Of a DNA stretch of 6,864 nt, positions 1 through 6,864 are shown piece after piece. Source of the stretch: Amoeboaphelidium protococcarum X5 (Eukaryota; Fungi; Aphelidiomycota); the NCBI GenBank assembly GCA_023515725.1, contig JALDTO010000140.1:1-6864 (forward strand), given 5' to 3'. Position numbers and translations under genes: made by a program. The first letter of the stretch is position 1. Every line of letters begins with the position of its first letter. The notes beneath the pieces are model-generated. The model did not search any database and had not been told where the DNA came from. It saw only the letters and a list, made by a program, of their open reading frames with translations.

Positions 1-1
1 T

Positions 2-253
2 CATCTTGTGTCTGTCCCTCGAACCTGCTCTGGTGGTTTTCCTATTGTATCTACATATACTTGCTGTAGATTAACATGAATGATACTGCTGGTACTGTTT
101 CTGTACTGGATTATACTTTATTACTTCTGATTCACTATTCACTAGACCACTACCTGATAATGCACTTCTCACTTGCAATAACCGGTCCTCAGAGAAGATC
201 AATGACGAACTCTGCAGCCTTGATAACGCCACTAATTGCTGCGCCACCCCCAT
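2..253 (-). CDS. Possible 5' part of a hypothetical protein running off the left edge (TAR read as Gln)
   Basis: ATG at 253-251 follows an in-frame TGA at 283-281. The frame stays free of TGA to the window edge (MGVAQQLVALSRLQSSSLIFSEDRLLQ...HSCQSTAS..., one in-frame TAA). No recognisable domain, and plus frame 1 is also open here, so this may be spurious. Confidence 0.25.
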
Positions 254-316
254 TACGTCACCTCTCAACTCTGCATCTAATCAAGAGTCACTTTAAGATC
301 TTACGCGACCGTATCA

Positions 317-436
317 TGAAAAACATTGAAAAACTATAATATATTCGGCGGGAGTTAATAAGAATAGTTTCAACACTTTATTAGTGCTTTTAGATAGGAT
401 CGAGGAGATAAATTTGGTGTTTACAATTAGATGCAT
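317..436 (+). repeat. Left arm of a ~120-bp imperfect inverted repeat
   Basis: 317-397 matches the reverse complement of 1563-1643 at 75/81 positions, including a perfect 38-bp run (349-386). 417-436 matches the reverse complement of 1525-1544 at 20/20. An 18-19-nt diverged patch separates the two blocks. Confidence 0.95.
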
Positions 437-1524
437 GAAACGCGTCAAGTCAAAGTAATCAATGCGCATAAGACACCCGTAAGTGTAGTTGGTGTTCGCC
501 TACTATACCACCTTACTCGGCATTTAAAACTTGAACTACTGTAATCTCCGTTAAGCTACTGATTACAGGTACTGCAAAACAAGGCATCATTGCGACGATG
601 ACAATTCTGCGTTAAAGCTTACTCACAGAAGAGATAATGGTTGGATGACCATCCTCGTGTGTGCGAGATTATCCTTGATACCTGAGAGAAGAAGCTTTAG
701 AGAAGCTTTCAGATGGCTAAACGCTGTAACTCAATACGTTTAAATAAAATCCACTTCCTCCAGCACCTTTACGGATGTGAACCACTATCTAGTTCTTTCT
801 GCCGTCCGGATATCTATCTAATAGAAGCAGCTGGTAGCACATTTAGTTCAACTGACGAGATCTCCTTACATGGTATTAGTCGGGACGCGCTAGTATTCCA
901 GCGTCATTTGCTATGTCTTTTCTAATTGCATTAAGCAGGTGAAGACACCTTATTTTGGAGACAACGCTTCAAAGTGAATGCTCTGAGCAGTTCCAATCAA
1001 ACATCCTTAATGCAATGTCGTCTGACATTTACAGCACGTTGCATTCAATCACAGTTCAGTTGTTGTCAGTAGAATGCCGAGGTTGAGTCTCTCGATTTAG
1101 TTGTGTACATTGCTTCCAATGCAGTGTTCTCCTCAGTTGGTCGAGTATGCACTGCAACACCGAAAATTACTATTCCGAAGTCGTTTCCAATAGAGGTCAG
1201 AGACTTATTGTTTATACATTTCTAGAGAAAGGTGTTATCATTAAGCCAATCCCATCGATTTCTGCATGTTTTCTTGGTCTTGGTCAACCCCGATTTTGGT
1301 CTCATTCAGTACATCCTCTGACACATCGTCCTCCTCGCTAAAGTCACCTTACCCACTAGCTGGTTCGTCATATGTGATGTCGATGATGTTTCAGCGACTG
1401 GATAGACAATGCTTGGTAATTTAACAATATTTCACACGCGTCTCCCTCTCCGCGATTCAATGCCTGCTATACTGTACGTAAGCGCATATTTGAACTCTGG
1501 TATTGTCCCCTTGGTGTGTTACAT

Positions 1525-1643
1525 ATGCATCTAATTGTAAACACATTATTATGTTCTTGTGACTATCAAAAATCACTAATAAAGTGTTGAAACTATTCTT
1601 ATTAACTCCCGTCGAATATATTATAGTTTTCCAATTATTTTCA
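1525..1643 (-). repeat. Right arm of the ~120-bp imperfect inverted repeat, abutting the tRNA-Glu gene
   Basis: Its reverse complement (tgaaaataattggaaaactataatatattcgacgggagttaataagaatagtttcaacactttattagtg...gtgtttacaattagatgcat) aligns with 317-436. Similarity stops at 1643. Confidence 0.95.
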
Positions 1644-1714
1644 CCCAATTGGTCCAATGGTTAGGATATCCCGCTTTCACCGGGGTGGTCGGAGTTCGAT
1701 TCTCCGATTGGGAG
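1643..1714 (+). tRNA. tRNA-Glu (anticodon TTC), intronless, with an A1:A72 mismatch
   Basis: Cloverleaf folded by hand: acceptor stem ACCCAAT/ATTGGGA (6 of 7 pairs), D stem GTCC/GGAT, anticodon stem TCCCG/CGGGG with loop CTTTCAC (TTC at 1676-1678), T stem CGGAG/CTCCG with loop TTCGATT, discriminator G1714. No encoded CCA, consistent with a eukaryotic nuclear gene. Confidence 0.93.
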
Positions 1715-1717
1715 AAC

Positions 1718-1722
1718 TTTTT
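1718..1722 (+). terminator. RNA polymerase III terminator (T5 run)
   Basis: TTTTT begins 4 nt after the tRNA discriminator base. Confidence 0.7.
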
Positions 1723-1958
1723 GATTCGTTGATACAAACAAAAAGACGCTTCATAGATAATCTGTTTGAACTGTTGGACACCATGACTGCCATAAAGTTA
1801 TTGGATTCTCCATATCGCGTTGTATAGTTTATGTAAGTTCCATCGTATCAAATCAGAACACTTGGGTGTTCTTAGTGATGTTGAACTCCATCTTGTTATA
1901 GAATTTGCGTGTATAAACTAAAGTTAACAATCAGTTTAAGAAAATATAGACATTTCAT

Positions 1959-3026
1959 TCAATTTTTACTACCATCATAAGTAAGCTTTTCCAGAGTTTA
2001 CAGCCGCACAATAGGAGACTTTGCCACACTTCCCACAATGTCTTTAATTCTAAACCAGCGCGCACAGATTAAACGCGCTGTCCTCCCTTTGCTTTTAAAC
2101 ATCTCATCTTCAGCTATGAGCTACCAGTCTGAACCAAACTTTTGAACACATTGAATAAGACGTTAAGTCTCTTAAATGGTCCAGAAGCTCTGTCTCCGAA
2201 CGCGGCGACCCGTTCTAGTTAGATACATATTTTCATCGGCTATCAAACGCTGCTCATAAATCTAATGATACTTTTACCGACACTGATAAGGAGATTTACC
2301 ATTATTCAACGCTTGCGCAATAATTTTCCAAAACTCCATCTTTTAAGAAGATCTCTTCGACTCTGCAACTTTATAATACGTGTTTTCCACAGCTTCAAGC
2401 AATTTATCAACATCCGCATCGGACCAATTCTAATCATCACTCTTTAACAAACGCCTGGCTCGTGACGCAATCTAATCTGCATTTCGCCCGCGGATATTAG
2501 CATCACCAGACGTGGATAAGCTATTGTAAAAATCAGACAATTCTGCCCACTTGCCAAAGCCAACGATAGAAACTGCCTGCAACAATGCTTCATCTTCCAA
2601 CTGTGTCCATCGACCAAACTTTACAGGCTGCAAATGTTACTGCAATCTTAATTTAAGCAGTCCATCTTCCTCAATTTTCTCCGTCTAAATCAGATCAATG
2701 CACCTGCGCAGTAATTCAGGTGGCTGAGATTCATTGGCATACTCTCGCCTCCACTTATGATGACACGACATGAAATCGCGCCCAACTTTGTCACTTACAC
2801 GATTCCAAATATTTTATCGTCTGATCAACGGATGTTGTTCGTCCATCTTGGTCTGACCTTCTCGCTGGAATTGTTTAGCAGAGGCGACAACCTCTCCCAG
2901 TACAGTACTCCTCAATAAACGCACTTAATCCTCAGTCCATCTCTATCGTTTAGAGCAAAATTATTTAATCTCTGCCGGATTGATCAATTTCTGTATTTCA
3001 CTGAGTAATATTCTTGTTCGCTGCAT
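1959..3026 (-). CDS. Myb/SANT-repeat DNA-binding protein with four repeats, 355 aa (TAR read as Gln)
   Basis: One frame from ATG 3026 to TGA 1961-1959 with 9 TAA and 6 TAG in frame. Repeats: RWTEDQVRLL...IWNRVSDKVGRDFMSCHHKW; GRWTQLEDEALLQAVSIVGFGKWAEL...GRNADQIASRA; NWSDADVDKLLEAV...FWKIIAQALNNGKSPYQCRQKY; FWTIQETQRLIQCVQKFGSDWQLIA...GRTARLICARW. Confidence 0.92.
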
Positions 3027-3135
3027 TTATTACGTTTTCTTAATCCTCTTTTTATTGAAGAGAATCCCCTTTTCAATTAAAGAGAAGGAAAATTGATAGT
3101 CAGTCCGTCGTCCGTTACCTGTTGTTGGCTAAAAT
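3027..3135. promoter_or_regulatory. Probable bidirectional promoter and 5' UTRs between the divergent Myb and POP7/RPP20 genes
   Basis: Only 109 bp separate the two predicted head-to-head start codons (3026 minus, 3136 plus). Inferred from layout only. Confidence 0.5.
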
Positions 3136-3774
3136 ATGAACAAGAGAAACCCGGATAAAGGTAAAATTGGTGGCAGTCAAATATTAAAGAGGACAAAGAA
3201 GCCTCCGCCGCGATAAATAATTACTGAGCGAATTCCAGTAACGCGACTTGAGCGCGATATCTACGTGACTCGCAAGTGCAATGCCAAGTACGTGGTGAAG
3301 AAAATATGCAGTCTACTGATGGGAGAATTTAAGGCATTTGGTAAAGGTAAAAGATCTCTAGATGAACTGACTGACTTGTTGAAATTTAAAGTAAATTAAA
3401 ATTATGGGTTGAAAGATGGGTAATCGGGCCTAGTCGCTGTTGACAAAACTGTTGATATCATACAGGACAGAATTCTTGGAGATAGTGGTGGCATAAATGA
3501 ACACAAAAAGACGGTAAAGTTAGACGCGACTGATAATTAGGTGAGAGTACATGCTCTTGGAATGGCTATATCAAAGTGTATAAAGATATGTAGAATGGTT
3601 GAATAATAGTCGGGCGGTCTGGTCACAATCATTGATGTAGAATCCAGTACGGTGCCATTGCAAGATGAAATATTGGTCTCTACTAACAATGCTGTTATAC
3701 CAGAGATTGAAATTCAAGAGCAAAGTCGTGATACTAGCTCTCTACATGTATTACTGTAACTTGGCACGCCATGA
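3136..3774 (+). CDS. POP7: RNase P/MRP subunit Rpp20/Pop7 (Alba-like fold), 212 aa if unspliced (TAR read as Gln)
   Basis: ATG 3136 to TGA 3772-3774 with 5 TAA and 2 TAG in frame. Motifs are collinear with RPP20: DIYVTRKCNAKYVVKKICSLL, VRVHALGMAISKCIKI (compare IHGLGLAINRAINI), SSTVPLQDEI (compare TSTVELVDEL), RDTSSLHVLL (compare RNNSAIHIRV). Comparisons are from memory. Confidence 0.87.
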
Positions 3775-4172
3775 ATGAGCGATTTATTATGAATATTGCT
3801 GCTACTATGATTGCTTATAATTGAACACGCAATGTCAATAAATTGCCTTGATATTAACTTTTCAGTTCGAAATGCTGCCACCCAATGGCCAGATTATCTT
3901 TAATAAGAGTCCTGACGTTTCTATCTTTATTCTTTAGAGAGACACGTGAACTCGATATCGCGTGCTACACAATGCAGCGTGTAACAGACACGTTGTGTGA
4001 CGCAGTCTTAATGTAAAATGATTATTGGTCGAAAAATGTCACGTCGATCAAATCCAAGACTGTGCGGAGGATCAATATCATTGACCGCTTTTATAATTTT
4101 CTTTTTTCTCTGATATAACAATAAATTAAATAGATAAAATAGATTATATACTAAACGGTAATTATCCTGAAA

Positions 4173-5018
4173 ATGAAGATCATCTCTGCTTTGATTGCTG
4201 TTGCTTCTGTGCTGTCGTCTTGCGATGCCATGCCCAAAATGATCCTGTCTGAAAAGGGCATCCCTCCAAACATCTTCTTCTCTAATCTTAAGGCACCGTT
4301 TACCATTGGCAAGGCTAACACGTAGCATTGCTACAATTTTGAAAAGACTGATGATGTCAAGCTAACGTTTGGTAGAAAGTGCGCTGAATCTGCCCAGTTT
4401 ACCATGTCTCCAGAAGGCCAAATCCAACGCGGTGGAAAGTGCCTCAATTTGGAGGATAGCCAGTAAGTGTATCTGGGTGATTGCAAGTCTGACACGCCAA
4501 AGTTTGATATTGACGCGAAAGAGGGTGTGTTCAAGCTGCAATCTGACTCCTCGATGTGCTTGACTGATGCTAATCTATTTACGCACCTGGCCATCCTGAA
4601 ATGTGGTGACCACAACGCTCTTTACAAGGACTCCACTGTGTTCAACACTATGGCGTTTAGTAATTCTGATAAATCTCGCTGTGCCGGCATTGACGATAAG
4701 GGTGTACTGACTCAGAACTAGGACTGCAAAGAGGGAAATCCAATCTTCTGGAATGTTCCTCGTGGCGGAAAAGTTGGCCTAGTGTACTAACATTAGAAGA
4801 ATAATCAATGTCTAGGCAAGAGATACGACGATCAGATCGTTTCAGTGGCTTGCGATCATCCAGAAGCGGCCAATTTTGTCTGGAACGATCAGACTGGGCT
4901 GAATCTGTAGACAGACGACGGTAACATTCTGTGCATGAGTTACAACTCCACATCTTACACGTATCATGCCAACGGTAAGAATTGCTAGAAGGACGTCTTT
5001 TTCATTTATGAGCCATGA
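4173..5018 (+). CDS. Secreted Cys-rich protein with tandem ricin-B-like (beta-trefoil) repeats, 281 aa (TAR read as Gln)
   Basis: ATG 4173 to TGA 5016-5018 with 7 in-frame TAR (4323, 4464, 4719, 4788, 4794, 4908, 4986). Signal peptide MKIISALIAVASVLSSCDA. The mature part has 12 Cys in six similarly spaced pairs (for example GKCLNLEDSQQVYLGDC, SMCLTDANLFTHLAILKC, NQCLGKRYDDQIVSVAC), most followed by an aromatic motif (AQFTM, PKFDI, PIFWN, ANFVWN). The CDS is solid and the fold call is moderately confident. Confidence 0.82.
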
Positions 5019-5188
5019 TTAGACATTAAAATTGATTGATTGATAAGATGAAGAAGAAATGAATGAAATGCATTGCTTTAACGACAGTTTAGTCTTGTTT
5101 CTTTCTTGAACATCTCTTCGTCTTGTGAAGAGTTTCGACTTTGTCTGAAGCGAATTTTCTGTGGTGTAAATAGCTTAAACTTCACAGT

Positions 5189-5842
5189 ATGCGGGAATAA
5201 TTGGCCGCCTTATCACTTGAAGAAGCGTTAAAAATTTAATCTAAACATATTATAAATACTAGTACAGTAAGCGATAGGTAGTTGTAAGATGGAAGTGCTA
5301 GCAAAGTGTTGAATGCGACTGTATCGAATGAGTTGAACCTGCAACATAGCCTCGTATAAGCTAGTGCTGTATTTGACAACGACCATTTGGCATTATAAGG
5401 ATTTAGGAAATTATTTTAGCATTTGGAAAGTATTCATGTGAAGAGAGCTGACGATTTGATGTAGCTCATTAATGACGTGAGACCAAGTTTGGATCGTGTG
5501 GCAACTGTTGCGCTTACTGAGCGATCGTTGGATGAACGCTTTGCACTGCGACGCGATGAGAATGACTCTGCGTACTGTGAACGCGTCCTGTCACACTACC
5601 TTGAATAGTTAAAGTTGCTAAACTTGCATTTCTTGGGTTTTTGGAAGTAGATTGAACCTTGCGTCTCATTGTCTTATGTAGTTCATGTGTTGAAGAATAG
5701 GTTTATGAGTGAGTTGACTGCAATCATATATTTCGTAGCGTCCGAATTGACCAGACTGAGACTCTGCTTGTAAGGTGATAAGCTAAAAGGTATTGGACTC
5801 TAACTGTTTGATTAGGACTTGATGAAACGAAACAAGATTTGA
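5189..5842 (+). CDS. Divergent ferritin-family protein lacking most ferroxidase-centre residues, 217 aa (TAR read as Gln)
   Basis: First ATG after an in-frame TGA is at 5189 and the stop TGA is at 5840-5842, with 7 TAA and 6 TAG in frame. KVLNATVSNELNLQHSLVQASAVFDNDHLALQGFRKLFQHLESIHVKRADDLMQLIN aligns without gaps to ferritin helices A/B ([57 protein letters not shown]). The C-terminus LKNRFMSEL...LTRLRL...GIGLQLFDQDL matches helices D/E. Confidence 0.85.
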
Positions 5843-6106
5843 TTAAGTATAGAAAGTTAAAGTATTACTTGCGTGTATAATAAAGCTTAGTTAATTGGCA
5901 AATTTCTGGTTTCTTTACCATTTGTATTCAACCGGGGCGACTGAGGTACGACAATTTGATTGTCAGAGCAGAGATATACTTCCTCGTGCTATCTCTCAGC
6001 TTCTTTTGTTTAGAATGGTGTTGCTATTATTCTTAATCCTCTCTTACAGCTAAGTAACAGCCAGACAGAACTGACATTCTTCAATCCAAAAACCTTTAGC
6101 GCGTTG

Positions 6107-6209
6107 GTATGTGATATGCACAAGTGCTCTTTTTGTTCACTCGCACGTGAAGCAGATTAAATGTAAGATAGCTGATTCTTATTAACACTTTACACTTGGC
6201 TTCTCACAG
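6107..6209 (+). other. Spliceosomal-intron-like segment (103 nt) with no confidently assigned host gene
   Basis: GTATGT donor at 6107, ATTAAC branch-like site at 6181-6186, pyrimidine-rich TTCTCACAG acceptor ending at 6209. The flanking frames do not give a clean ATG-to-TGA gene. Confidence 0.3.
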
Positions 6210-6594
6210 GTAAGGCAATTGGTAGAGATTCAAGTGTCAATGTGTGTGCCTACTACCAATGGCAAGACGACCACTTCCGAGAATGATCGTCTCATGAATT
6301 ATGGGCCAAGATATTAAATGCACTTCAAACGAAGAGCAGTTCTGGAGAGGTAAAGAACGCGTCTTAAATTAGCCTGTGCCCTTATTAATGTTACATATAT
6401 GGCTGCATCTACATCTGTTATTTTGGTTCTAATTTGACCTCATTGACTTGTACAATCTACGGTGCTGCTGAAAAAGCAAAGACAAAAACTTATGAGACTT
6501 TGCATTGATTCATAGATTTGATTATGGTTGTTCATTTGCTTCAGTATGATGTATATGTTCTTCCAATGTGCTTCCACAAGATTGGCACCTCTCA

Positions 6595-6864
6595 ATGCTG
6601 AAAGATGAAGTTTGGTATGATAAGTCGAAACAACTAAGTTTGTAAGAAGATACAATGAATTTATTGAACACTTATTAAACGTATGAATAATCAGATCATA
6701 GTCAAGTAAAATACATCGATTTGAACCATAAAAGGAGAAAGTTACCAGGTGAGGCTCTTCAAAGCGTGTTAGTTTTGGCGTTTGACTGTCAGCGGTAAAC
6801 CGGCTCCTTGTCGTTGACGCGCCAAAGTTGCACCATCCTCTACGGAATTGAAATTATCGCTGTT
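6595..6864 (+). CDS. Possible 5' part of a hypothetical protein running off the right edge (TAR read as Gln)
   Basis: ATG 6595 follows an in-frame TGA at 6547. 90 codons without TGA and with 4 in-frame TAA: MLKDEVWYDKSKQLSLQEDTMNLLNTYQTYEQSDHSQVKYIDLNHKRRKLPGEALQSVLVLAFD... Contains an NLS-like KRRK. No domain recognised. Confidence 0.35.

Larger units (their letters stand above)
317..1643. mobile_element. Putative non-autonomous or degenerate TIR DNA element (~1.33 kb, TG...CA termini)
   Basis: Long inverted repeats enclose about 1.09 kb with no recognisable intact gene. No convincing target-site duplication was found (left flank accgtatca, right flank cccaattgg), so the superfamily is unassigned. 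Confidence 0.5.

Noticed and set aside
738-746. TTTAAAT slippery heptamer joining ORF 435-977 to ORF 713-1321 by a -1 frameshift
   Set aside because: The heptamer is in the wrong phase relative to the upstream ORF (GTT TAA ATA).
308-1652. Target-site duplication flanking the inverted-repeat element (accgtatcat versus acccaattgg)
   Set aside because: Only 5 of 10 positions match, which is not a credible TSD.
1643-1714. The tRNA as the suppressor that decodes TAA/TAG
   Set aside because: The anticodon is plainly TTC (Glu, GAA), not TTA or CTA.
1855-1872. Small hairpin AGAACAC-TTGG-GTGTTCT downstream of the tRNA
   Set aside because: Only a 7-bp stem with no supporting context, so compatible with chance.
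5075-5200. Iron-responsive element upstream of the ferritin gene (CAGTTT near 5085, CTTCACAGTATG near 5180)
   Set aside because: Neither has the CAGUGN loop with a paired 5-bp upper stem and a bulged C.
1959-5842. Interpreting the four genes as pseudogenes full of nonsense mutations
   Set aside because: All 42 interruptions are TAA or TAG, none is TGA, there are no frameshifts, and each gene has an intact start and a terminal TGA at the expected place.
1905-5880. 12-mer TTGCGTGTATAA repeated at 1905-1916 and 5869-5880
   Set aside because: A few 12-mer matches are expected by chance in 6.9 kb, and the copies have opposite orientations relative to their nearest protein-coding genes.
71-6655. 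The short ORFs in the supplied standard-code track as independent genes
   Set aside because: They are artefacts of the wrong code. 4467-4721 is an internal piece of the 4173-5018 gene, while 2265-2447, 4008-4328, 4331-4615, 4369-4563 and 4657-4953 are shadow or off-frame ORFs over real genes.
1-6864. Prokaryotic or phage systems (CRISPR array, operon, recoded phage)
   Set aside because: There is no repeat-spacer array, and the eukaryote-type genes (Myb, Rpp20) plus a CCA-less tRNA with a Pol III terminator indicate a eukaryotic nuclear genome.

Overview
Compact, intron-poor eukaryotic nuclear DNA that does not use the standard genetic code. The supplied ORF track is fragmented because TAA and TAG are sense codons here (most likely Gln, translation table 6) and TGA is the only stop. 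Retranslated by hand, four complete ATG-to-TGA genes appear: a four-repeat Myb protein (1959-3026, minus), an RNase P/MRP subunit POP7/RPP20 (3136-3774, plus), a secreted double ricin-B/beta-trefoil-like protein (4173-5018, plus) and a divergent ferritin lacking most ferroxidase ligands (5189-5842, plus). Together they carry 42 in-frame TAR codons. There is also a tRNA-Glu(TTC) gene (1643-1714). A ~1.3-kb segment (317-1643) is bounded by ~120-bp imperfect inverted repeats, and the last base of the right arm is position 1 of that tRNA, which has an A1:A72 mismatch in place of the usual U1:A72. The code, gene density and gene content would fit the aphelid Amoeboaphelidium protococcarum, but that is inference and other TAR-to-Gln lineages are not excluded. 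Regions 1-316 and 5843-6864 are only tentatively interpretable.
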